From positions 1 to 64,000 of the forward strand of contig CAXHJY010001405.1 of NCBI GenBank assembly GCA_964016885.1: DNA of 64,000 nt, in the 5' to 3' direction. Positions 43,985 through 56,200 of this stretch are shown here, in pieces (position 1 is the first letter of the stretch; every line of letters starts with the position of its first letter). Below the pieces are notes generated by a model. The model worked only from the letters and a program-made list of their open reading frames with translations. It made no database searches and was not told where the DNA came from. Both the position numbers and the translations under genes were made by a program. This stretch comes from Eledone cirrhosa. Taxonomy: Eukaryota.

Positions 43985-44227
43985 CACAATTTCTGTGGCG
44001 TGAAGCGACTGAGAGAAAAAGACTTCCCCCTGGACAGGATGCCAGTTCATTGCAAGGTTAAACCCCCAGCTATCGCTGGTACTCATTTTCTTTTCAGTAG
44101 AGTATACGGGAGTAGCATGAAATGAATGTTTTGCTCAACAACACAACATACAATGGAGCCCAGGATGGAACCCACAACATTATGATCAGAAGTCCAACAC
44201 CCTTACTACTAAGCCACACACCTCCAC
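43985..44227 (-). mobile_element. tRNA-derived SINE (family 3), diverged
   Basis: Homologous to 38620-38868. Confidence 0.7.
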
Positions 44228-44295
44228 ATTGTTATGACAATCTATTAATCAACTTCTCACCTGGAACAGTAAATTATTTAGGAAACCAATGAATG

Positions 44296-44347
<52 letters not shown>

Positions 44348-44348
<1 letters not shown>

Positions 44349-45830
44349 ATACTTGGGGAGGGTCGTATTTGCGTAATATTGCCAGAATTAATAACAGAAC
44401 ACACTCACTGTTTGGTTGGTTTCCGCTTCTCACTGTCTTTTATATCTGCGATCTAACTTACTCGGTCCTCAATGTTGCCATTGACTGACCGACGGTCAAA
44501 AATAATACAGATACAATATAGACACAAACACATATATATAGTTTACATAAATCTTTCGTTGCACATCTGCAACATCGTCAGTGGTGTTATATTTTTTTTT
44601 TCCTCCTGTTGTGTTGTATGTCTACGCCATTTTTTATTCAGTCTGTCTATATATTTATTTATTTATTTGCTTGTTTGTTTATTTTATTTTGTCTTCTTTG
44701 CGCATGCGTTTGCGTGTGTGTATAGTGTTATGTGTGTTGTGTGACTAGTGTGTATAGTGTTGTGTCTGCTGGGTGACTAGTGTGTGTTTATGTGCTTGTT
44801 GTTATTGTGCTTGTGTATGTATTTATTTATCTTATTTTATTTTATTTTATTTTATTTACTTATTTATACTTCTCTTAGGTCAGTGTTGTTTGTTTGGGTG
44901 TTGTTGTTGTTCCACTCATTCTTTCTGTTTAGCTTTGGTCTTCTAATTTCTATTTCACTGGCCTCTCTGATTTGCCTATCTGCTGGGTCATTCCTATGTT
45001 TAGATATTATTCTAATTTCTATGTTGTCTATGTTACCGTCATCTTGTTGTCTAGCATGTTCATAGAGTACTGACCCGTTTTTTCGTCCTTTTAGTTCCCC
45101 CCAGTGTTGGTCTATCCTTTCACCTATGCTACGAGCTGTCTCACCTATGTATGTTGTTGTCATGTTTCTGCAAGTACCCTCTGTACATCTTATGCTATAG
45201 ACTACGTTTCTAGTTTTACAGTTTATCCGGGGGTTCACCTTACATATGATACATTCCTATTGGTACAGTGGGTTTTCTTAAAAGGGTAGGTTTTGCTGAT
45301 CAGGGATTTTATGGTGGTTCCTGGCTTTTCTACCACCTTTATTTTTAAGTGGGTCTTTCTCAGGGCCTTTCTACACTGGTTAATTAATTTCCCTCCAGGG
45401 GTGGCGTCCACAAACATGACACTCTGATATCTCTGGTTGTCGTACCATGATGTGGCCTTCCCTATCTTATGTCTAGCCCTATCTAAGCTATTCCATGATT
45501 TGCTCCTGTATAGTGGGCAAATTCCTTTCATGTCCAGTTCTATGAGGGTCTTATACTTTTCCATGGCTCCTTCGTATACTCTGACTCTGTCTCTTTGGTT
45601 GTAGCCAGAGAACTGCATGCGGTTGATGAAGTGTTGGATGTGTCTTTCCATTTCTGTTGGGTCGCACATGCTGGACACATTCTTCATCACTCGTACCAAA
45701 TCTGCGATCAGAATATTAAACTTAGCACTACTGGACATTGCTGAGTTTTTGAGTATCAGGTATTTGGAGGCCATGGGTTTAGCATAGTGTGAGTGGAGAA
45801 TTTGGGCTCTCTCGTCTATAGTGTTTATCT
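44348..45830 (-). mobile_element. Penelope-like element, 5'-truncated: RT thumb, Cys-rich linker and GIY-YIG endonuclease
   Basis: HYAKPMASKYL..SAMSSSAKFNILIADLVR; linker HCTNRxCIIC (1-nt deletion near 45254); NVVYSIRC...TYIGETARSIGERIDQH, RQIREASEI, PKLN. Confidence 0.88.
44545..44586 (-). ncRNA. Degenerate hammerhead in the Penelope-like 3' region
   Basis: Minus strand CTGACGA-t-gttgca gatg tgcaac-GAAA-gatt-TA; helix I poorly paired. Confidence 0.45.
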
Positions 45831-46165
45831 ACCTCTTATCTATTTTTTATCTATCTCTATCTCTTAACTTGTGCCCATCCGTCTATGATATGTTATTTGT
45901 ATTAGTGTATACTGTATGTGTTGCATACGGGTGCTTGTGTGTAGGTGCATGCGGGTGCTCATGCTTATGCGTATACTTGTATGTAGCTGTATGTTAACGG
46001 AACCCTGCCCAACTGTGAGTGATAACATTTTTATTTTAATTTTTATTTTACTCTTTTCTTATTTTACTCCTTTTACTTTACTCTTTAAACTCCTCCCAAC
46101 TTATGGTATCCCCACATATATTCTTCTGTTTTGGCTTTGTCAATCCTTGTATACTATGTATTTAC

Positions 46166-46224
46166 TCTTTATGCTCTTAAGAGTCCCACTTCTAGTGTGG
46201 ACGAAACACTGTTAGCAATTAAAG
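46166..46224 (+). ncRNA. Type I hammerhead-like motif with variant core (CUUAAGA)
   Basis: tcttta-tgct-CTTAAGA-gtcc cact tct agtg t ggac-GAAAC-act-GTT-agca-at-taaaga; helices I and II pair, but G5 is replaced by U. Confidence 0.6.
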
Positions 46225-46348
46225 ATATACCTATGTTCTAAGCGCTCTTTGTTGTTAATTGTATTACGGTTCTGTCCTCTGACATTGACCTAACCATATA
46301 CTGCCTATTTGATAAGTAGAGTGTTACACACTCCCTATTCTCTCCCTT

Positions 46349-46454
46349 ATATATATATATATATGTATATATGTATATATATATGTATATAAGTATATAT
46401 GTATATATGTATATATATATGTATATATATGTATATATATGTATATATATATGT

Positions 46455-46488
<34 letters not shown>

Positions 46489-46509
46489 GTATATATATGT
46501 ATATATATG

Positions 46510-46547
<38 letters not shown>

Positions 46548-46619
46548 TGTATATATATGTATATATATGTATATATGTATATATGTATATATATGTATAT
46601 ATATATATATGTATATATG

Positions 46620-46654
<35 letters not shown>

Positions 46655-46769
46655 ATATATATGTATATATATATATGTATATATATATATGTATATGTAT
46701 ATATATATATGTATATATATATATACATATATATATGTATATATGTATATATATATATGTATATATATG

Positions 46770-46800
<31 letters not shown>

Positions 46801-46825
46801 GTATATATATGTATATATATATATG

Positions 46826-46874
<49 letters not shown>

Positions 46875-46889
46875 GTATATATATATATG

Positions 46890-46920
<31 letters not shown>

Positions 46921-46951
46921 GTATATATGTATATATGTATATATATATATG

Positions 46952-46982
<31 letters not shown>

Positions 46983-47000
46983 GTATATATGTATATGTAT
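46349..47000. repeat. (TA)n/(TATG)n microsatellite
   Basis: Read directly; the same type occurs at 47548-49467, 58778-59852 and 61190-61261. Confidence 0.97.
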
Positions 47001-47547
47001 ATTGGAATAAATGCTCTGAAATAGCGATATATATGTGAATATAGACATAGAATATTCGAAAATATTCTGTATGTTTATAATAAACATTTTGAAGACCTAA
47101 TCGCTATAGAATAGAATACGTCACGTATTACAATTAGATTCTCGATAAAAGCAAGGGAAGTAATCTACGCGTTTCATTCTTATTAGAAATCTTCAGGACT
47201 ACATATCCAGTGCTTCTATCGAGAATGACACAGCTAGAGACTTATAGAATACTTAGCTGTGTACAGGAACTGGTTTGAAAGAGCGGTTGCCGGTCCGGCA
47301 GAAATTAGAAATTGGAATAAATGCTCTGAAATAGCGATATATATGTGAATATAGACATAGAATATTCGAAAATATTCTGTATGTTTATAATAAACATTTT
47401 GAAGACCTAATCGCTATAGAATAGAATACGTCACGTATTACAATTAGATTCTCGATAAAAGCAAGGGAAGTAATCTACGCGTTTCATTCTTATTAGAAAT
47501 CTTCAGGAGTTCTGAAGATTTCAGAATATATATATAAGATTTCAGAA
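47001..47547 (-). repeat. 310-bp hammerhead-bearing array 3 (about 1.6 units plus a tiny inverted stub)
   Basis: attggaataa at 47001 and 47311; minus-strand core gtagtc-CTGAAGA-tttct aata agaat-GAAA-cgcg-TA-gattac at 47160-47202; gaaatcttcag gagtt ctgaagatttc fold-back at 47497-47523. Confidence 0.9.
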
Positions 47548-47639
47548 TATATATATATATGTATATATATATATATGTATGTATATATATATGTATGTAT
47601 ATATATATGTATGTATATATATATGTATGTATATGTATA

Positions 47640-47692
<53 letters not shown>

Positions 47693-47745
47693 ATGTATGT
47701 ATATACATGTATATATATATATATATATATGTATGTATATGTATG

Positions 47746-47776
<31 letters not shown>

Positions 47777-47777
47777 A

Positions 47778-47816
<39 letters not shown>

Positions 47817-47864
47817 ATATATATATACATATATATACATATATATATATGTATATGTATATAT

Positions 47865-47912
<48 letters not shown>

Positions 47913-47913
47913 G

Positions 47914-47962
<49 letters not shown>

Positions 47963-48043
47963 GTATATATATGTATATATATATATATGTATGTATATAT
48001 ATGTATATATATATATATGTATATGTATATATATGTATATATG

Positions 48044-48074
<31 letters not shown>

Positions 48075-48095
48075 GTATATATGTATATATGTATA

Positions 48096-48148
<53 letters not shown>

Positions 48149-48609
48149 GTATATATATGTATATATATATGTATATATATATATATGTATATATATGTAT
48201 ATATATGTATATATATATCTATGTATATATATGTATATATATGTATATATATATATATATATGTATATATATGTATATATATGTATATATATATATATGT
48301 ATATATATGTATATATATGTATATATATATATATATGTATATATATGTATATATATATATATGTATATATATGCATATATATGTATATATATATATATAT
48401 GTATATATATGTATATATATGTATATATATGTATATATATATATATATGTATATATATGTATATATATATATATGTATATATATGTATATATATATATGT
48501 ATATATATGTATATATATATATATGTATATATATGTATATATATATATGTATATATATGTATATATATATATATGTATATATATGTATATATATATATGT
48601 ATATATATG

Positions 48610-48644
<35 letters not shown>

Positions 48645-48751
48645 GTATATATATGTATATATATATATGTATATATATATATATGTATATATATGTATAT
48701 ATATGTATATATATATATATATGTATATATATGTATATATATATATGTATA

Positions 48752-48794
<43 letters not shown>

Positions 48795-48861
48795 GTATAT
48801 ATGTATATATATGTATATATATGTATATATATGTATATATATATATATATGTATATATATG

Positions 48862-48896
<35 letters not shown>

Positions 48897-48945
48897 GTAT
48901 ATATATGTATATATATGTATATATATATATATATGTATATATATG

Positions 48946-49038
<93 letters not shown>

Positions 49039-49359
49039 GTATATATATATGTATATATATGTATATGTATATATATGTATATATATGTATATATATGTAT
49101 ATATATGTATATATATATGTATATATATGTATATATATGTATATATATATGTATATATATATATGTATATATATATATGTATATATATATATATGTATAT
49201 ATATGTATATGTATATATATGTATATATATATGTATATATATATATGTATGTATATGTATATATATATATGTATATTATGTATATATATATATGTATATT
49301 ATGTATATATATATGTATATTATGTATATATATATGTATATTATGTATATATATATATG

Positions 49360-49391
<32 letters not shown>

Positions 49392-49467
49392 TGTATACAT
49401 ATATATATATGTATATATATATATATGTATATTATGTATATATATATATATGTATATTATGTATATA

Positions 49468-52400
49468 TCATCATCATCATCATCATCATCAGCGTTTAAC
49501 GTCCGTGTTCCACGCTTGCATGGGTTTGGACGGGGGTAGTCCCACTTGAGGCAAGAGTGATTGTCTTGCTCGCATAGGACTGTCTGGCAGGTTTTCTACA
49601 GTTGGATGCCCTTCCTAACACCAACCACATTTACAGTGTGGGTCTGGGAGGTTTTTACCGTGTTGCCTACACGGCCACATTACAGCGTGGACTGTGTGTT
49701 TTTTTGTCGTGACACCTACACGATCTCATTTGTTTCGGCCTCGATGGCGCGGCACCAACATAACTTTACATAGAACGGGGTGGTGTGGATCGGGTGGGGG
49801 TGGTGGGACGGGGTGTATTTGTTAGAGATGCCTACTGGCTGGAGTAGGTTTTACTATATATTTAGGTAAGGCGGGTCTTCTCTGTTACTGAGTACCGCCA
49901 AAGGTCTCGGTCCAGTGACATTGTCTTGGAGAGGTGTAAGTGTGTGATGTCGGAGTTTATCAGCTCGTCCCAGGTTTTTCTAGGTCTGCCTATTCCGTGA
50001 CTACCGTCTATCTTTATTGCCCTGCACTTTGTTATACAGCTATCGACTTTCATGCGCATCACGTGTCCATACCAACGTAGCCTTCTCTCGAGTAAACAAC
50101 ATCTGATCCCTCTTATCTCTAATTTATTCCTTAGTTCGTTTATGCTTTGCCGTTCACGTATATTACTGTTACACATCCAGCGGAGCATGCAAGCTTCGTT
50201 CCTCTCTAGTCTGCGTATATCCTCTGCACACAATGCCCAGGTCTCACTGCCATGCAGCATTGCTGTTCGTATGCAGGCATCGTACAACCTGCCTTTCATT
50301 TTTAGTGAGAACCCTTTAGCAGCTAATAGTGGTATAAGCTCTCTGAACTTTTTCCAACCAGTTCTGACTCTAGCTACAGTACTTTCAGAGCACCCTCCCC
50401 CACTGCTGATTTTATCGCCCAGGTAACGGAAGCTGTCCACTATTTCTATAGAACCCTCTGCGCAATTGAAAGAGCTAGTAGTTTGTGGGCACTTGCTGCT
50501 ACTTATTGCACCAGAGCACCGGCCACATGTAAAATCTATGTTCTTAGTTAGCCTACCTGTGATCCCACTACATCTTTTATGCACCCATACTTTGCATTTA
50601 GGACATAAAATGGAGTTTCTACCTACGCCTTTCCTACACACCGAGCACGACCATTTCCCAGAAGGGACCGCCGCCTTGTTTTCTTTCCTACAAACTAGTA
50701 CTTTGGTCTTAGCCAGGTTAATTTTAAGTCCTTTTGACTCTAGGCCGTGCTTCCATGTTTGGAATTTCTTCTCTAGCTCGGCCATTGATTCCGCTATGAG
50801 TGTCAGGTCGTCTGCGTATAGGAGTTCCCATGGGCAGCCTGTCTTGAACTCCTCTGTTATGGCCTGAAGGGCAATAATAAATAGTAGTGGACTGAGAACA
50901 GAGCCCTGATGGACGCCGACTTTTACGCTAAACTCTTCACTATATTCGTTGTTAATTCTAACCTTGCTGACTGTTTCTTTATACATGGCTTGTATAGCCC
51001 TCACAAGCCATTCGTCAACGCCTAGTTTTCTAAGAGCCCACCAGATAATGGAGCGGGGGACTCTGTCGAAGGCTTTCTCCAAGTCGACAAAAGCTAAGTA
51101 GAGGGGTTTACCTTTAGCTAGGTACTTCTCTTGTAGTTGTCGTACTATGAAAAGAGCGTCTGTGGTACTTTTGCCTGACACAAACCCGAACTGCATTTCA
51201 TCTAGGTCAATTCTCTCTCTGATTAGCTGCGCTATTACTCTTTCCGTGACCTTCATGACCTGGTCGATTAATTTAATGCCTCTATAGTTACTCCTATCTA
51301 GGGCGTCTCCTTTACCCTTATAACAGTTAACGATGATGCTGCTATGCCAGTCCTTCGGAACAACCCCGTTTTGTACGACTTGGTTAACTATGCGGGTGAC
51401 CATGGTGTGTCCCACCGTGCCAGATGCCTTCAGCATCTCAGCAACTATTTCCGAAGGCCCAGCCGCCTTACCAGTCTTCATATCCTTGATTGCCTTACTT
51501 ATTATACTCCCCTCGACTAACACTGCTGGTCCCTCTATTGGGTCGATATGGGGGAGACTGCCTTTCTCCCAATTATTCTCCTCATTTAGAAGCCTTTCAT
51601 AGTGACACTTCCAAGCTACCTTCTTATCAGCGTCGGTGATGGCAAGTGTGCCATCGTCGTTTAGTACACACTTCTCCCCGACAATATCACGGTTTTCCTT
51701 GACGCATTGCCTAGCAATCCTGAACACCTCACGTTTTTGGTCATCGCGTTGTAGAACATGCTTGAACTTTCTTTCCTCAGCTTCCCTTCTTGCTAAGTAC
51801 ACTTGTCTCCTAGCTTCCCTCCTGGCCACTTGATAGTCCTCTCTACTTCCCCCATCCCGCCATACTTTCCAAGCCTGCTTTTTGGCCTTAATTGACCCCT
51901 CCACCTTACTGTTCCACCACCATGTTACTCTCCTCCTGCCTACAGGCCTGCTCCAGCCACAGACCTCGTCTGTCGCCAACAGCAGGTTTGCTTTCAGAAA
52001 TTCCCACTCTCCCTCTATATTGTCCGACTCTAAATGTTCTTCCTTACTGTCGAAAGCATCAAGTAATATGCTTTGAAATTTATTCCTGGCTGTGGGGTCC
52101 TTTAACTTCCATATTTTCCTCCTGAGGATAGTCCTCTTCTGTTGTCGAGTACGTCTCGTCCTGACTATGAGGTCGCTAATTATCAGTCTATGTTGGGAGG
52201 TGCATTCTTCATGGGGGAGGGATTTAGTGTTAACAACAGACACTCTGTCACGTCTTCTGGTAAGGATATAATCTACCTGGCTTGTGTGTTCCCCGGATCT
52301 ATAGGTGATCAGGTGATTGTCACGTTTTTTGAAGTTAGTGTTACAGATAGTTAGGTTATTTGCATCACAGAATTCCAGGATTCTGGAGCCTTCCTCATTT

Positions 52401-53260
52401 CTAGTACCAAACCCATAGCCTCCATGGATTTCGTCGTAGCCGTCACAATGTTGTCCAACGTGACCATTTAGGTCGCCTGCGATAATTATATAGTCACTGT
52501 CGGATATTTGGGAGGTAGTTAGCATCAGTGTCTCATAGAATCTGTCTTTTATAGTGCCGGGCAGTCCGGATTGGGGTGCGTACGCAGATATTACTGTCAC
52601 CGTAGTCCTATTGAGGACAAGTCGTATTTTAATTATTCTGTCGTTCACTCTATTTACGTCTATTATCTTATCTGCCCACTTTTCTGCTACCATGATTCCT
52701 ACTCCACCCAGCCCATCGTCGTTTCCCACCCAGAAAAGCTTATAACAACGTTTTTTACCCTCAATGAACCTAGCAGACCCACCCCTCCACCTGGTCTCTT
52801 GAATACAACAAACATCGACCTCCTTACGTTCAAGCATTTCTACAACCTCGTTAGCGCGACCCTTTAGGGTGCCTACATTTATGGTACCAACTCTGAAGTT
52901 TTGGATTGCGTTTGGGGGTTGGGGGCGGTGAGGGGCGGGGGGCGATGGTGTTATGTTAGCCGTCCGTGGTCGAAACAATGAGGAGTGCTCGCATTTTCGT
53001 CCAAGGGGTGAATTTGTCTTTATCTTTGGCATTGTCGCTGAGCGTCCAGATTTTTCTCTCTCACCTCCACTCTCCAGGATTCCGCAGTCCATCCATCCAT
53101 CATATATCGTATATCGAAAGGCAACCAGGCAAGCGATAGTATAGGCCTCTGGTTTCTGATTGGTCCGCGTAATAATACTGGTGATACGTGGGGGCTGTTT
53201 TATGATTGGTCCACGTAATAGCAATGGTGGTGTGTGGGGGTGGGAGGGAGGGGTGTTGGG
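49468..53260 (-). mobile_element. Full-length, apparently intact RTE-clade LINE (family A)
   Basis: Single uninterrupted ORF, 3'UTR, (GAT)n tail at 49468-49490 and C-rich 5' leader. Confidence 0.96.
49862..53224 (-). CDS. RTE polyprotein: APE endonuclease and reverse transcriptase with an inserted PHD-type finger (true start probably a downstream ATG, MDCG.. or MPKI..)
   Basis: 1120-aa ORF: VGTINVGTL, IQETRW, GDLNGHVG, SQHRL, NYRGIKL, QFGF, DLEKAFDRV, QGSVLSP, YADD, C4HC3 motif, FRYLG, RRLRWYGHV. Confidence 0.95.
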   Translation of the reverse strand: MLLRGPIIKQPPRITSIITRTNQKPEAYTIACLVAFRYTIYDGWMDCGILESGGEREKSGRSATMPKIKTNSPLGRKCEHSSLFRPRTANITPSPPAPHRPQPPNAIQNFRVGTINVGTLKGRANEVVEMLERKEVDVCCIQETRWRGGSARFIEGKKRCYKLFWVGNDDGLGGVGIMVAEKWADKIIDVNRVNDRIIKIRLVLNRTTVTVISAYAPQSGLPGTIKDRFYETLMLTTSQISDSDYIIIAGDLNGHVGQHCDGYDEIHGGYGFGTRNEEGSRILEFCDANNLTICNTNFKKRDNHLITYRSGEHTSQVDYILTRRRDRVSVVNTKSLPHEECTSQHRLIISDLIVRTRRTRQQKRTILRRKIWKLKDPTARNKFQSILLDAFDSKEEHLESDNIEGEWEFLKANLLLATDEVCGWSRPVGRRRVTWWWNSKVEGSIKAKKQAWKVWRDGGSREDYQVARREARRQVYLARREAEERKFKHVLQRDDQKREVFRIARQCVKENRDIVGEKCVLNDDGTLAITDADKKVAWKCHYERLLNEENNWEKGSLPHIDPIEGPAVLVEGSIISKAIKDMKTGKAAGPSEIVAEMLKASGTVGHTMVTRIVNQVVQNGVVPKDWHSSIIVNCYKGKGDALDRSNYRGIKLIDQVMKVTERVIAQLIRERIDLDEMQFGFVSGKSTTDALFIVRQLQEKYLAKGKPLYLAFVDLEKAFDRVPRSIIWWALRKLGVDEWLVRAIQAMYKETVSKVRINNEYSEEFSVKVGVHQGSVLSPLLFIIALQAITEEFKTGCPWELLYADDLTLIAESMAELEKKFQTWKHGLESKGLKINLAKTKVLVCRKENKAAVPSGKWSCSVCRKGVGRNSILCPKCKVWVHKRCSGITGRLTKNIDFTCGRCSGAISSSKCPQTTSSFNCAEGSIEIVDSFRYLGDKISSGGGCSESTVARVRTGWKKFRELIPLLAAKGFSLKMKGRLYDACIRTAMLHGSETWALCAEDIRRLERNEACMLRWMCNSNIRERQSINELRNKLEIRGIRCCLLERRLRWYGHVMRMKVDSCITKCRAIKIDGSHGIGRPRKTWDELINSDITHLHLSKTMSLDRDLWRYSVTEKTRLT

Positions 53261-56200
53261 TAGCTAGCAAGAAGGTAATGATTGAGATGGGTCTTATGCA
53301 TTTAACAAGCGATTAACAAAAATACAAAATTTGTTCAGTTAAATACGTCCAAAAACCTAAACGTATTTAGCACTTAATAGGAACAGAAAATGTGTAGTTT
53401 GTTTTAGCGATAGAATGGCTATTTGGACTTGAAATACGAAATGAGAGAGAGAGAGGAGAGAGAGATGAAGTCTGTACCTTATGTTTACATGATTTTCTTT
53501 CGGACAGCAGGCAAAGAAATGAAATTTGGCGAAGTGAATTCCTATCATATATTTATAGGGAGAGAGAGAGAGAGAGAGAGAGTGCGAGGGTAGGGGGCCA
53601 CATGATGGCTGTGGGTGTTAGGCGTTTGACCGCCCCGTGCCTTCGAAGAAGGAAGAAGGAAAGGATTTTGCTTTTTTGCTTTTTTTTTTTGGGGGTTTGA
53701 AAATACGTTAGGAATTAAGGTTTGAAAATAGCTAGCAAGAAGGTAATGATTGAGATGGGTCTTATGCATTTAACAAGCGATTAACAAAAATACAAAATTT
53801 GTTCAGTTAAATACGTCCAAAAACCTAAACGTATTTAGCACTTAATAGGAACAGAAAATGTGTAGTTTGTTTTAGCGATAGAATGGCTATTTGGACTTGA
53901 AATACGAAATGAGAGAGAGAGAGGAGAGAGAGATGAAGTCTGTACCTTATGTTTACATGATTTTCTTTCGGACAGCAGGCAAAGAAATGAAATTTGGCGA
54001 AGTGAATTCCTATCATATATTTATAGGGAGAGAGAGAGAGAGAGAGAGAGTGCGAGGGTAGGGGGCCACATGATGGCTGTGGGTGTTAGGCGTTTGACCG
54101 CCCCGTGCCTTCGAAGAAGGAAGAAGGAAAGGATTTTGCTTTTTTGCTTTTTTTTTTGGGGGGTTTGAAAATACGTTAGGAATTAAGGTTTGAAAATAGC
54201 TAGCAAGAAGGTAATGATTGAGATGGGTCTTATGCATTTAACAAGCGATTAACAAAAATACAAAATTTGTTCAGTTAAATACGTCCAAAAACCTAAACGT
54301 ATTTAGCACTTAATAGGAACAGAAAATGTGTAGTTTGTTTTAGCGATAGAATGGCTATTTGGACTTGAAATACGAAATGAGAGAGAGAGAGGAGAGAGAG
54401 ATGAAGTCTGTACCTTATGTTTACATGATTTTCTTTCGGACAGCAGGCAAAGAAATGAAATTTGGCGAAGTGAATTCCTATCATATATTTATAGGGAGAG
54501 AGAGAGAGAGAGAGAGAGTGCGAGGGTAGGGGGCCACATGATGGCTGTGGGTGTTAGGCGTTTGACCGCCCCGTGCCTTCGAAGAAGGAAGAAGGAAAGG
54601 ATTTTGCTTTTTTGCTTTTTTTTTTGGGGGTTTGAAAATACGTTAGGAATTAAGGTTTGAAAATAGCTAGCAAGAAGGTAATGATTGAGATGGGTCTTAT
54701 GCATTTAACAAGCGATTAACAAAAATACAAAATTTGTTCAGTTAAATACGTCCAAAAACCTAAACGTATTTAGCACTTAATAGGAACAGAAAATGTGTAG
54801 TTTGTTTTAGCGATAGAATGGCTATTTGGACTTGAAATACGAAATGAGAGAGAGAGAGGAGAGAGAGATGAAGTCTGTACCTTATGTTTACATGATTTTC
54901 TTTCGGACAGCAGGCAAAGAAATGAAATTTGGCGAAGTGAATTCCTATCATATATTTATAGGGAGAGAGAGAGAGAGAGAGAGAGTGCGAGGGTAGGGGG
55001 CCACATGATGGCTGTGGGTGTTAGGCGTTTGACCGCCCCGTGCCTTCGAAGAAGGAAGAAGGAAAGGATTTTGCTTTTTTGCTTTTTTTTTTGGGGGGTT
55101 TGAAAATACGTTAGGAATTAAGGTTTGAAAATAGCTAGCAAGAAGGTAATGATTGAGATGGGTCTTATGCATTTAACAAGCGATTAACAAAAATACAAAA
55201 TTTGTTCAGTTAAATACGTCCAAAAACCTAAACGTATTTAGCACTTAATAGGAACAGAAAATGTGTAGTTTGTTTTAGCGATAGAATGGCTATTTGGACT
55301 TGAAATACGAAATGAGAGAGAGAGAGGAGAGAGAGATGAAGTCTGTACCTTATGTTTACATGATTTTCTTTCGGACAGCAGGCAAAGAAATGAAATTTGG
55401 CGAAGTGAATTCCTATCATATATTTATAGGGAGAGAGAGAGAGAGAGAGAGAGTGCGAGGGTAGGGGGCCACATGATGGCTGTGGGTGTTAGGCGTTTGA
55501 CCGCCCCGTGCCTTCGAAGAAGGAAGAAGGAAAGGATTTTGCTTTTTTGCTTTTTTTTTTTGGGGGTTTGAAAATACGTTAGGAATTAAGGTTTGAAAAT
55601 AGCTAGCAAGAAGGTAATGATTGAGATGGGTCTTATGCATTTAACAAGCGATTAACAAAAATACAAAATTTGTTCAGTTAAATACGTCCAAAAACCTAAA
55701 CGTATTTAGCACTTAATAGGAACAGAAAATGTGTAGTTTGTTTTAGCGATAGAATGGCTATTTGGACTTGAAATACGAAATGAGAGAGAGAGAGGAGAGA
55801 GAGATGAAGTCTGTACCTTATGTTTACATGATTTTCTTTCGGACAGCAGGCAAAGAAATGAAATTTGGCGAAGTGAATTCCTATCATATATTTATAGGGA
55901 GAGAGAGAGAGAGAGAGAGAGTGCGAGGGTAGGGGGCCACATGATGGCTGTGGGTGTTAGGCGTTTGACCGCCCCGTGCCTTCGAAGAAGGAAGAAGGAA
56001 AGGATTTTGCTTTTTTGCTTTTTTTTTTTGGGGGTTTGAAAATACGTTAGGAATTAAGGTTTGAAAATAGCTAGCAAGAAGGTAATGATTGAGATGGGTC
56101 TTATGCATTTAACAAGCGATTAACAAAAATACAAAATTTGTTCAGTTAAATACGTCCAAAAACCTAAACGTATTTAGCACTTAATAGGAACAGAAAATGT

